Notes: generated by a model not told the origin, from the sequence alone. A DNA stretch of 64,000 nt from Eledone cirrhosa (GCA_964016885.1 OZ024742.1:315518001-315582000), one strand, 5' to 3'; counted from the stretch's first letter, positions 24,844 to 37,294 are shown. Numbers and translations are program-made.

Positions 24844-27078
24844 ATGAGTAACAGATTTAAAGATATTTTACTCAACGCCTACGACAGTAAAGAAGAACAG
24901 ATAGAGACATTTAACGTAGAAGAGAACTGGGAGTTCCTAAAAAATAACTTACTAGAGGCAACGGATGAGGTTTGTGGCTGGAGTAAGACCTCAAGCAGGA
25001 GGAGAGTGACTTGGTGGTGGAACAATAAGGTAGATGAAGCAGTCAAGGCCAAGAGACAGGCATGGAAAGAATGGAAGAACGGGGGGAGCAGGGTACATTA
25101 CATAGAGACCAAGAGGGAAGCTAGACGACAAGTATACTTAGCTAGGAGGGAAGCAGAGGATAGAAAATTCAAGCATGTTTTACAACGTGAGGACCAGAAA
25201 CAGGAGGTATTCAAGATTGCGAGGCAGTGTGTCAGAGATAGTTGTGATGTCATTGGAGAGAAGTGTATCCGGAATGATAAAGGTGAGCTTGCCCTCACAA
25301 GTGCTGAGAAGAAAGATGCATGGAAGAGTCATTATGATAGATTACTAAATGAGGAGAATGCATGGGAAGAAGAGACCCTACCCCACGTAGACCCTATAGA
25401 GGGACCAGCAGTACAAGTCAGCGGCAGCGTAGTAAGTAAGGCAATCAGAGATATGAAGATAGGGAAGGCAACCGGTCCATCGGGTATAGCTGCCGAGATG
25501 CTGAAGGCATCTGGGTCTGTAGGTCACACTATAACCACACGTATCGTTAACCAGGTAATACTAGAGGGGGCCATACCAAAAGATTGGTGCAGTAGCATCA
25601 TTGTCAACTGCTACAAAGGTAAAGGCGATGCACTAGATAGAGGAAACTATAGAGGTATAAAGTTGATGGACCAGGTCATGAAAGTAACAGAAAGAGTTAT
25701 AGCACAGCTGATTAGGGACCGGGTGAATATAGACGAAATGCAATTTGGGTTTGTACCAGGGAAAGGCACCACTGATGCCCTCTTCCTTGTGAGGCAATTA
25801 CAGGAAAAGTACCTAGCTAAAAGTAAGCCACTCTACTTGGCATTTGTCGACCTTGAGAAAGCCTTTGACAGAGTTCCACGTGCAGTAATCTGGTGGGCTC
25901 TTAGAAAACTAGGAGTAGATGAATGGCTTGTGAAAGCGGTACAAGCCATGTATAGGGGAGCAGTCAGCAAAGTTAGGATTGGCAATGAGTATAGCGAGGA
26001 ATTTAGCGTACAGGTTGGGGTCCACCAGGGCTCTGTTCTTAGCCCTCTCCTGTTCATCATAGTCCTGCAGGCAATAACGGAGGAGTTTAAGACCGGATGC
26101 CCATGGGAACTCCTGTATGCTGATGACCTCGCACTCATAGCTGAATCTATGGTAGAACTAGAGAATAAATTCCAAACCTGGAAGCAGGGACTAGAGAGAA
26201 AGGGCCTCAAAGTCAACATGACAAAGACTAAGGTCCTTATAAGTAGACGAGAAAACAGAACCCAGATCCCCTCAGGGAAATGGCCTTGCTCAGTATGTAG
26301 GAAAGGTGTAGGTAGGAACTCCATTCTCTGCCCCAAATGCAAACAATGGGTACACAAGAGATGTAGCGGGATCTCAGGAAGCTTAATTAAGAATGTAGGA
26401 TTCACATGCAGCAGCTGTGCTGAAACAGCAAGCAAACAGCCACAGGAAACAAGTACCACCAATCTCTGGGAGGGCCCTGTAGAAACAGTAGACAGCTTCT
26501 GCTACCTAGGTGACCGAATTAGCAACGGAGGTGGGTGCTCAGAAAGTACAATAACTAGGGTAAGAACGGGATGGAAGAAGTTTAGGGAACTACTACCACT
26601 GCTAGCTGCAAAAGGCTTCTCCCTCAGAATGAAAGGCAGACTGTATGATGCGTGTATCCGAACAGCGATGTTGCATGGTAGTGAGACCTGGGCGCTGAAG
26701 GTGGAAGACTTACGTAGATTAGAGAGAAACGAAGCCTGCATGCTCCGATGGATGTGTAACAGTAATATACGTGAACGACAAAGCATAAAGGAATTGAGAG
26801 AGAGACTGAGCATAAGAGGAATCAAATGCTGCGTACAGGAGAGGCGGTTACGCTGGTATGGACATGTGATGCGTATGAAGGATGACAGCTGCATAAAAAG
26901 GTGCAGAGCACTAGAAGTTGATGGAAACCGCGGAGTGGGGAGACCCAAGATGACTTGGGATGAGGTGATAAAAGCCGACCTTACCCAACTACACCTCTCA
27001 AAGTCAATGACACACGACCGTGACTTCTGGCGTCACGCAGTAATACAGGGTACCCGACCTCCCATGGGTACATGCTGA
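24844..27078 (+). CDS. LINE ORF (linker, reverse transcriptase, PHD-type finger, C-terminal domain); APE endonuclease missing
   Basis: TWWWN linker motif, RT motifs including LLYADDL (about 26110-26130) and FCYLG, C4HC3 finger at 26287-26418; no stops over about 744 codons. Probably not expressed as such because the element is 5'-truncated. Confidence 0.85.
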   Translation: MSNRFKDILLNAYDSKEEQIETFNVEENWEFLKNNLLEATDEVCGWSKTSSRRRVTWWWNNKVDEAVKAKRQAWKEWKNGGSRVHYIETKREARRQVYLARREAEDRKFKHVLQREDQKQEVFKIARQCVRDSCDVIGEKCIRNDKGELALTSAEKKDAWKSHYDRLLNEENAWEEETLPHVDPIEGPAVQVSGSVVSKAIRDMKIGKATGPSGIAAEMLKASGSVGHTITTRIVNQVILEGAIPKDWCSSIIVNCYKGKGDALDRGNYRGIKLMDQVMKVTERVIAQLIRDRVNIDEMQFGFVPGKGTTDALFLVRQLQEKYLAKSKPLYLAFVDLEKAFDRVPRAVIWWALRKLGVDEWLVKAVQAMYRGAVSKVRIGNEYSEEFSVQVGVHQGSVLSPLLFIIVLQAITEEFKTGCPWELLYADDLALIAESMVELENKFQTWKQGLERKGLKVNMTKTKVLISRRENRTQIPSGKWPCSVCRKGVGRNSILCPKCKQWVHKRCSGISGSLIKNVGFTCSSCAETASKQPQETSTTNLWEGPVETVDSFCYLGDRISNGGGCSESTITRVRTGWKKFRELLPLLAAKGFSLRMKGRLYDACIRTAMLHGSETWALKVEDLRRLERNEACMLRWMCNSNIRERQSIKELRERLSIRGIKCCVQERRLRWYGHVMRMKDDSCIKRCRALEVDGNRGVGRPKMTWDEVIKADLTQLHLSKSMTHDRDFWRHAVIQGTRPPMGTC

Positions 27079-27380
27079 AGCATATAAACAATATGCCCCC
27101 CCCCCCCCCACCGCAAGGTGGTCGTGGAGGTGCCACGGCAAAAAAGCACCCAGCCCACACTGTAAAGTGGACGTGTAGGCGCCACGAAAAAGCACCCAGC
27201 ACTCACTGTAAATGAGGTTGGTGTTAGGAAGGGCATCCAGCTGTAGAAATCAAGCCAGATCAGTTCCTGTATGAGCAAGGCATGGTCAGCCGACCAGACA
27301 CTGCCCACAACAGGACAACCCGTCTAACCCATGCTAGCGTGGAAGAACGGACGTAAAACGGTGATGATGATGATGATGAT
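24844..27380 (+). mobile_element. RTE-clade LINE, 5'-truncated (copy 2)
   Basis: Uninterrupted ORF to 27078, 3'UTR with repeated aaaaagcacccagc...actgtaaa units, (gat)n tail. Confidence 0.95.
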
Positions 27381-27418
27381 ATATATAGGAAAGAGAGAAG
27401 GGAAAAAGAAAAGGGAGG

Positions 27419-27650
27419 ACAAAAAAAACAGTCCACGCTGTTATGTGGCCATGTAGGTAACACGGTAAAAGCTCCCAGTCCACACTGTAAATGTGGTTGG
27501 CGTTAGGAAGGGCATCCAACCGTAGAAAACCTGCCAGATAGTCCTATACAAGCGAGACAAGGTCACCCGACCAATCTTACATCAAATGGGACAATTCCCG
27601 TCTTAACCCATGCTAGAGTGGAAGATAGACGTTAAACGATGATGATGATA
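27419..27650 (+). mobile_element. Second LINE 3'UTR fragment, copy-1 subfamily
   Basis: Aligns to 18983-19218 and ends in (gat)n. Confidence 0.85.
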
Positions 27651-27883
27651 TATAGGCCCATAAAATGAATTGGCTTTGAAAATGTCTAAAATTAGTTCTG
27701 AATGAGGACTAAATGAGAAGAGTGAAGTGGAGCAAAGTATGGGAGATATAAGTGAGAGAATAAAGGAGTGTATGTGATTGTTTATAGTGGGTTGTCAAAC
27801 CATAAATATAATATAATATAATATATATATATATATATATACAATATTAATAAATGGAAACTATATTTATAAAACCATATTTA

Positions 27884-27944
27884 TTTCATTATATATATTT
27901 CAAGGATACCAAGTTAAATCATGGTATGCCTTCATCAGACAAAA
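27884..27944 (-). ncRNA. Type I hammerhead ribozyme motif within an inverted repeat
   Basis: Minus strand ttttgt-CTGATGA-aggcatacca...tggtatcctt-GAAA-tatata-TA-atgaaa; 27841-27924 is repeated inverted at 28016-28099. Confidence 0.55.
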
Positions 27945-28185
27945 TACAATATATAACAGTTTTACAAATAGATATTGACGTACCCTTTCAAAAAGGTGAC
28001 CGTTGTTTTTGGAGGCCATGATTTAACTTGGTATCCTTGAGATATATATAATGAAACAAATATGGTTTTATAAATATAGTTTCCATTTATTAATATTGTA
28101 TATCTACTCCAAATATGTGTCGAGTGCTTTATATCAGTTATAATAATATTTGGTTGTTGTATCCCAACAATTTAAATAGAACTTT

Positions 28186-28720
<535 letters not shown>

Positions 28721-29094
28721 ATATATAGATATCTGAAGTGAAATTTATCAACAATGAGAGAATAATGAAAAAGTTATGTAACTGAATCTTTTGTAAAAGA
28801 GTAAAATAAATATTATAATAAACACATCATAACAACCACTCTGTGCCAGACCTGTTTGGGAAGTAGTACTTTGAGTATATATATGAGCTTTGATATCTTC
28901 CTCCCTACCTCTCTCTCTCTCATACATACTGTGTAGACAAGACATATCCAACTTCTAAATGGTCAGCAGACAGACAGCTATCTATGGCTAACTATGTATT
29001 TATCTTCGGACAATAGGAACAAAAGGATTTATCTATCTATCTGCCTATTTATCTACATACCTATCTATCTATATATAGATAGATAGATATGTAG

Positions 29095-29143
<49 letters not shown>

Positions 29144-29234
29144 AAGTAATTCCGTCAAAAAGGTCCAGGAAAAAAAGTGGTCTATGTAGGTTACAGAGCT
29201 TATTAGTTATGTAATAAACAACATAAGATAATTA

Positions 29235-29295
29235 TTTCATTTACCGGTGGTTTCTTGAAAGCAAACAAAATTTGCTTTCAGTCATCAGAATGAAA
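29235..29295 (-). ncRNA. Type I hammerhead ribozyme motif
   Basis: Minus strand tttcatt-CTGATGA-c-tgaaagcaaa ttttg tttgctttca-a-GAAA-cc acc gg-TA-aatgaaa: perfect 7-bp stem I, 10-bp stem II, 3-bp stem III; C.A mismatch at the base of stem II. Confidence 0.7.
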
Positions 29296-29447
29296 AAATC
29301 CTGGTGTATTTATTTACTGTGGAGTTTAAAAACCTATATATATATATATATATAATCAATGTGTCTAGCTTTAAACAAGTACAAGAACAACAACAACAAC
29401 AAAGCACAAATCCCAACAACAGTTCAAAGAAAGACTGTGTACTTGTC

Positions 29448-29536
<89 letters not shown>

Positions 29537-29894
29537 CCTGAACTTGTATGTGTACTTTTAACAGTGTGTGTGAGAGAGAGTGATTGTGTACATGTAAGTG
29601 TCTGTGTGTACTTAAGTGTGTGAGCTAGTGAGTCTGAATTTACACCTGAGTGTGTGAGTGTGTGTGTATGTGAGTGAGTGTTTGTGTATGCACACATTTC
29701 TGTGAATGTAACGTTATGTTAGTGTAAATGTACATTTACCAGTGTAAATTTGAGTGTAAATTTGCATCAATGTATAAGCTTGCAATTGTGAGTGCATGTG
29801 CATATGAGCATGTGTGCATATATGTGTGCATGTGCATATGAGCACATGTGCATATATGTGTGCATGCATTTTCAAGAGAGGGAGAAAGAAAGAA

Positions 29895-30705
29895 AGCGAG
29901 ATAGAGAAAGAGAGAGAGTGCAATAGAGAAAGAGAGAGAGTGCAATAGAGAAAGAGAGAGAGTGCAATAGAGAAAGAGAGAGTGCAATAGAGAAAGAGAG
30001 AGAGTGCAATAGAGAAAGAGGGAGAGTGCAATAGAGAAAGAGAGAAAGTGCAATAGAGAAAGAGAGAGAGTGCAATAGAGAAAGAGAGAGAGTGCAATAG
30101 AGAAAGAGAGAAAGTGCAATAGAGAAAGAGAGAGAGTGCAATAGAGAAAGAGAGAGAGTACAATAGAGAAAGAGGGAGAGTGCAATAGAGAAAGAGAGAA
30201 AGTGCAATAGAGAAAGAGAGAGAGTGCAATAGAGAAAGAGAGAGAGTTCAATAGAGAAAGAGAGAAAGTGCAATAGAGAAAGAGAGAGAGTGCAATAGAG
30301 AAAGAGAGAGAGTGCAATAGAGAAAGAGAGAGAGTGCAATAGAGAAAGAGAGAAAGTGCAATAGAGAAAGAGAGAGAGAGTGCAATAGAGAAAGAGAGAG
30401 AGTGCAATAGAGAAAGAGAGAGAGAGCAATAGAGTAAGAGAGAAAGTGCAATAGAGAAAGAGAGAGAATGCAATAGAGAAAGAGAGAGAGAGCAATAGAG
30501 AAAGAGAGAAAGTGCAATAGAGAAAGAGAGAGAATGCAATAGAGAAAGAGAGAGAGAGCAATAGAGTAAGAGAGAAAGTGCAATAGAGAAAGAGAGAGAA
30601 TGCAATAGAGAAAGAGAGAGAGAGCAATAGAGAAAGAGAGAGTGCACAGAGAAAGAGAGTGCAATAGAGAAAGAGAGTGCAATAGAGAAAGAGAGAGTAC
30701 ACAGA
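29895..30705. repeat. 22-bp tandem array (agtgcaatagagaaagagagag)n
   Basis: About 35 units with +/-2 bp variation in the GA tract. Confidence 0.95.
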
Positions 30706-30987
30706 GAAAGATATTGAGAGAGAGAGAGAGGGGGAGAGAGAGAGACAGAGAGAGATTTGCATTTGCAAAGACCTGATATACAATGCAAGTCTGCTAGATG
30801 TGCAACTGATACTGCAGAAAACAATATGTTGTGCAATGCAGAATTATGACAGCTGGAAAGACCCCCTTGTAACAAATGGGGTGGTGCATTCCTGCAGAGC
30901 ATCGCAGATAATTGCAGACGGGTGCTTGCTGCACACAAAATAATGTTATACTAATATTGCATCAGCCATGCTGATATAATGTTGGTT

Positions 30988-33900
30988 GCAGGTGGTGGTG
31001 GTGGTGGTTTGTCTGCAGTGGCGACTTCAGCAGTAGTTATTGTGGTGATGATGGTGGTGGTGGTGGTGGTGGTTGTCTGCAGTGGCGACTTCAGCAGTAG
31101 TTATTGTGGTGATGATGGTGGTGGTGGTGGTGGTGGTTGTCTGCAGTGGCGACTTCAGCAGTAGTTATTGTGGTGATGATGGTGGTGGTGGTGGTGGTGG
31201 TTGTCTTCAGTGGCGACTTCAGCAGTAGTTATTGTGGTGATGATGGTGGTGGTGGTGGTGGTGGTGTCTGCAGTGGCGACTTCAGCAGTAGTTATTGTGG
31301 TGATGATGATGGTGGTGGTGGTGGTGGTTGTCTGCAGTGGCGACTTCAGCAGTAGTTATTGTGGTGATGATGGTGGTGGTGGTGGTGGAGATGGTGTCTG
31401 CAGTGGCGACTTCAGCAGTAGTTATTGTGGTGATGATGATGGTGGTGGTGGTGGTGGTTGTCTGCAGTGGCGACTTCAGCAGTAGTTATTGTGGTGATGA
31501 TGGTGGTGGTGGTGGTGGTGGTGTCTGCAGTGGCGACTTCAGCAGTAGTTATTGTGGTGATGATGATGGTGGTGGTGGTGGTGGTGGTGTCTGCAGTGGC
31601 GACTTCAGCAGTAGTTATTGTGATGATGATGGTGGTGGTGGTGGTGGAGATGGTGTCTGCAGTGGCGACTTCAGCAGTAGTTATTGTGGTGATGATGGTG
31701 GTGGTGGTGGCAGTGGTGGTGGTGGTAGTGGTGGTTGTGGTGATGGTGTGGTGTGGTGTTGATGGTGGTGGTGGTGGTGGTGGTGGTGGCAGTGGTGGTG
31801 GTGATGGTGATGGTGTGGTGTGGTGTTGATGGTGGTGGTGATGGCAGTGGTGGTGGTGATGGCGTCTGCAGTGGCGACTTCATCAGTAGTGATTGTGGTG
31901 ATGATGGTGGTGGTGGTGGCAGTGGTGGTGGTGGCAGTGGTGGTGGTGGCAGTGGTGGTGGTGGTGGTAGTGATGGTGTGGTGTTGGTGGTGGTGGTGGT
32001 GGTGGTGGTGGTGATGGTGTCTGCAGTGGTGACTTCAGCAGTAGTGATTGTGGTGATGATGGTGGTGGTGGTGGTGGTGGTGGCAGTGATGGTGGTGGTG
32101 GTGGTGGTGGTGGTGATGGTGGTGGTGGTGGCAGTGGTGGTGGTGGTGGTGATGGTGGTGGTGGTGGTGGTGATGGTGTCTGCAGTGCGACTTCATCAGT
32201 AGTGATTGTGGTGATGATGGTGATCGTGGTGGCAGTGGCGGTGGTGGTGGTGGTAGTGTTGGTGGTGGTGGTGGTGGTGGTGGTGATGGTGTGGTGTGGT
32301 GTTGGTGGTGGTGGTGATGGTGTCTGCAGTGGTGACTTCAGCAGTAGTGATTGTGGTGATGATGGTGATGGTGGTGGCAGTGGCGGTGGTGGTGGTGGTA
32401 GTGTTGGTGGTGGTGGTGGTGGTGGTGGTGGTGGTGGTGGTGTCTGCAGTAGTAATTGTGGTGATGATGGTGGTGGTGGTGGTGGTCGTTGTTGTCATCG
32501 TCATTGTCATCATCATTCATAGTTGTGGTGCTGATGGTGATGGTGTGGTGTTGGTGGTGATAGTATTGGTGATGGTGGATGTGCTGGTGGAGGTGGTGGT
32601 GGTGGTGATGGTGTGGTGTTGGTGGTGATAGTATTGGTGATGGTGGTGGTGGTAGTGGTGGTGATGTGGTGTTGGTGGCGATAGTATTGGTGGTGGTGGT
32701 GGTGGTGGTGATGATGTGGTGTTGGTGGTGATAGTATTGGTGGTGGTGATGATGTGGTGTTGGTGATGGTGTGGTGTGGTGTTGGTGGTGATAGTATTGG
32801 TGATGGTGGTGGTGATGTGGTGTTGGTGGTGATAGTATTGGTGATGGTTGTGGTGCTGGTGGTGGTGGTGGTGATGGTGTGGTGTTGGTGGTGATAGTAT
32901 TGGTGATGGTTGTGGTGTTGGTGGTGGTGGTGGTGATGGTGTGGTGTTGGTGGTGATAGTATTGGTGATGGTGGTGGTGATGTGGTGTTGGTGGTGATAG
33001 TATTGGTGATGCTTGTGGTGCTGGTGGTGGTGGTGGTGATGGTGTGGTGTTGGTGGTGATAGTATTGGTGGAGGGGGGGTGATAGTATTGGTGGTGGTGG
33101 TGGTGGTGGTGGTGGTGGTGGTGGTGGTGGTGTGGTGTTGGTGGTGATAGTATTGGTGATGGTGGTGGTGGTGGTGATCATCGTCGTCATCATCATGATG
33201 GTATCTTAGAGAGAGGTAGGGGTGATTTTGGTGGTTCTGTGGTGATGGATCTGGCAGTGGTGGGTTGGGTGGTTGTGCTTTTATACTGGTGGTGGTAGTG
33301 GTGTTGTCAGTGGCACTGGTGGTTACATTGGTGATGGTACTGGCATTGATGTGAGGTGTGGGTGCTTTTGTTATGGGTGGTGTTGGTGGTGGTGGTAGTG
33401 ATGGTGGTGGTGTTAGTGGTGGTGGTGGTAGTGATGGTGGTGGTGTTGGTGGTTACATTGGTGATGGGAATGGCATTGGTGGAGGGTCGTTGTGCTTTTG
33501 TACTGGTGGTGGCAATGGTGGTGGTGGCAGTGGTGCTGGTACTTACATTGGTGATGGAACTGGCATTGGTGGAGGGAGGGGAGTTGTGCTTTTGTACTGG
33601 TGGTGATGGTAGTAGTGGCTGTGGTGGCAGTGGTGATGGTGCTGGTGTTGGTGTTGGTGGTTACATTGGTGATAGAACTGACATTGGTGTGTGGAGTTGT
33701 GCTTTTTTACTGGGTGCTGGTAATGGCAATAGTAGCGGTAGTGGTGCTGGTGGTTACAATGGTAATGCAGTAATGATAGCACTGGTATTGGTGAAGTGAT
33801 AGTAATAGTAGCAATAGTGGTAATAAATTTGGTAGTGGTAGAGCTAAGGTGAGGACAGCAAGCAATAGCACTAAATATTATGGTTATTGCAACATTTATA

Positions 33901-34190
33901 GAAGTAGTAAGTAGATAGGCATTTAGTTTATGGTGACTGTGGTTGTGGTGGTGGTGGTGGCGGTGGTGGTGGTGGTGGTGGTGGTGAAGGTGGTGGTGGT
34001 TGTGGTGGTAGTGGTGGTAGTGGTGGTGAAAGTGGTGGTTGTGGTGATGGTGATGGTGGTAGTGATAGTGATTGTGCTGGTGATGGTAATGGTGATTGTG
34101 CTGGTGGTGGTGGTGGTGGTGGTGGTGGTGGTGGTGGTGGTAGTGGTGTCGGTGGTGGAGCAGGTGATGATGTTGATGAATATTGGTGGT
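30988..34190. repeat. Compound (GGT)n-rich array
   Basis: ~60-70 bp units built on tgtctgcagtggcgacttcagcagtagttattgtggtgatga plus (ggt)n (31.0-32.5 kb), then ggtgatagtattggtg units (32.5-33.2 kb), then ttacattggtgatgg units (33.3-33.8 kb). Confidence 0.95.
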
Positions 34191-34487
34191 GATAGTAACT
34201 GCTTTAGTAAATAGATGTTATAGCTGCAGTATTGGTCAACCTTTACAATGTGTACTAACATGCATACACATATACTGTGATTGCTTACCTAGATATGCAT
34301 GATTCTTTCTATACATGTTTATGAGCTAACACTTCTATATATGTATGGGTTTGTGTGTTCTTAATGTTTATTTCAGCAGGTACATGTATGTGATTTTGTG
34401 AATTTAGGCATAAATGTGACAGATTTGCTAATAGCTTTTCAAAACAGTACTAGTGAGATAAACCTTTCACTGTATATATAGACATAA

Positions 34488-34705
34488 CCCTTTAATTTTC
34501 AAACCGGCCAAAACCAGCCAGAATTCTCTACCTTTTTCTGTTGAAACTGGCTCTAACTGGTCACTCAAACTGATGTTAAGGTATTGTTCTCAAAATAAAT
34601 ACTTTCAAAATCTCAGATTTGATATTATGTGAGATAATTATGCGAGATAGAGCCTTTACCATGAAAATATAATAGTATATATAGAGTATTGTGAATGCTA
34701 AAGGG
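34488..34705 (+). mobile_element. piggyBac-type MITE, family A
   Basis: cccttta...taaaggg|ttaa; near-identical to 38094-38307. Confidence 0.85.
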
Positions 34706-34902
34706 TTAACTAAATTTTGGTAAGAGATAGTAGTTAGATGTAGTAAACACCAATACAAAAGAGGGTAGTGGAAAACTTCAAAATAAACAGTCACTATCAA
34801 TAACATGTATTATATTGACTCTCTAAACAATATGCAAGTCCTTCTTTCAGTGAATATTGACTGTTTTACACAAACTTATAAAGAAAGCATTTATATATAC
34901 AT

Positions 34903-35152
34903 ATCATCATCATGTTACGTCCGCTTTTCCCTGCTTGGAAGGGTGGGACGGGAACTGATTCTAGCTTGATTTCTACAGCTGGATGCCCTTCCTAACACCA
35001 ACCTCATTTACAGTGAGTGCTGGGTGCTTTTTTGTCATGGCACCTCCTCGTCCACTTTGCAGTGGAATGATAGGGACCCAGTCCCTATCATCTCATTTCT
35101 ACAGCTGAGTAAACTGGAGCAATGTGAAATAAAGTGTCTTGCTCAAGGAAAC
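34903..35152 (-). mobile_element. SINE group A, head-truncated copy
   Basis: Near-identical to 6122-6378. Confidence 0.85.
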
Positions 35153-36018
35153 TATATATATATATACATATATATATATAATAGTTCAGATCTTTATGAT
35201 AAACCTACAATTAAATGATGTATTTATCATCATCATCATTGTTATTTAACGTCCGCTTTCCCTGCTGACAAGGGTTGGACGGGTCTACAAAGACCAAACC
35301 AATACTGAAGCGGGGATGCTGACTTGATACGTTCTATCAAGTGCACAGGAGATGTTGTCATGTCTTCTGACATAAGCTGAAGGGTGGTCCTTCGAACCAC
35401 TAATTTGGAAAGTTTTCTACTGCTGGATGCTCTTTCTAACACTAACCACTTTACAGTGTGTACTGGATGCTTTTATCAAGTAGATCACCAGCACTAGGGA
35501 GGTTGCCATGTCCTAGAAGAGCATCCAGCTATAGATATCCTACCAAAAATAGACCATAAAAAAGCAAGGTGTGATCCTTTGACCGTTCTAAGAAGACAGT
35601 AACTTTGAATAAAAACCAACTCCAACTGTGACAACTCATCCAACCAATGCCAGCATGGAATTAGAATACAAAATGAGGAGGAGGTAGAGGAGGAGGCATG
35701 TGTTGTATAAACACACGTACACACATACTCAAATGAATATATAATGTGTTGTGTCTATGTGTGTGCGTGTGCATGCATGTGTGTGAGTGTGCGATGAGAG
35801 CAAAGCTAACCTTATCGGGATTTGAACTCAGAACGTAAAGAGCCATAACTCAATGCTGCAAAGCATGGTGTGCGACCATAGTGTGCTCAAGTTTGATCTT
35901 TTTTTTATTATGGATTTTTCTTATTTCTTTATTAGTTCATTGTTTGGTTTGGAACAATAGTATTCTAATTACTGAAGTCTATTGTTTTTAGACCTTCGCA
36001 ACCCAATCTTCGGCAGTT

Positions 36019-36590
36019 CAACAGCAGCAATATCAAATAGACCAACAGCAGCAATATGAAATAGACCAACAACAGCAATGTGACATAGACCAACAGCAGC
36101 AATGTGACATAGACCAACAGCAGCAATGTGACATAGACCAACAGCAGCAATATCAAATAGACCAACAACAGCAATATCAAATAGACCAACAGCAGCAATA
36201 TGAAATAGACCAACAGCAGCAATATGAAATAGACCAACAGCAGCAATATGAAATAGACCAACAGCAGCAATGTGACATAGACCAACAGCAGCAATATGAA
36301 ATAGACCAACAGCAGCAATATGAAATAGACCTACAGCAGCAATATCAAATAGACCAACAGCAGCAATATCAAATAGATCAACAGCAGCAATATGAAATAG
36401 ACCAACAGCAGCAATATGAAATAGACCAACAGCAGCAATATGAAATAGACCAACAGCAACAATATCAAATAGACCAACAGCAGCAATATGAAATAGATCA
36501 ACAGCAACAATATGAAATAGACCAACAGCAGCAATATCAAATAGACCAACAGCAGCAATATGAAATAGACCAACAGCAGCAATATGAAAT
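36019..36590. repeat. 24-bp tandem array (caacagcagcaatatgaaatagac)n
   Basis: About 24 units, no indels, three main unit variants. Confidence 0.95.
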
Positions 36591-36730
36591 AAATAGAACA
36601 GCAACATCAACTAGGACAAGAGCATCAACAGCAACAGCAACATCAATGAGATTAACGGCAGTAACAACAAAAACAAGAACCAAATAACTGCAGTAACATG
36701 TAGAGAGAGAGAGGAAGAGAGAGAGTGAGG

Positions 36731-36893
<163 letters not shown>

Positions 36894-37294
36894 GGTCTGT
36901 ATGTTAGGGGAAGAGAGAATGAGATAAAGACAAGAGTGTGGAAGAGAGAGTGAGTGAGAGAAAGATAGAGAGAGAGAGGGGGGAGAGCAATATGAAAGGA
37001 GATCTATAATATAAGTTATATAAAAGGAGAATTATGTGAAGGGAGAGCTGAATGAGTCAGAATAGAAGAGAGGAGCAGCAGGAGGAGGAGGAGGAAGGGG
37101 AGGAGATGAGTCAATGTGTTGACTGGGAGACAGACAGTTTCCCCTATTTCAAACAACACCATAATGTGTACTTTCACAGCATCACATCAAGTAGTTTACC
37201 TAAACAATTACACATGTAAAAATTCAATGGATTACTATACTCATACATAACTTAGAGAACAGAACAAACAGTTTATCTGTGTGTCTGTTGCTGT

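Noticed and set aside
29714-30938. 400-aa and 303-aa Ser/Leu-rich minus-strand ORFs
   Set aside because: They derive from a 22-bp GA-rich array whose unit is not a multiple of three; several frames are open simply because the pyrimidine strand has no stops.
31010-31700. CRISPR-like appearance of a constant ~40-bp repeat with intervening segments
   Set aside because: The intervening segments are (GGT)n tracts rather than unique spacers, there are no cas genes, and the context is eukaryotic.
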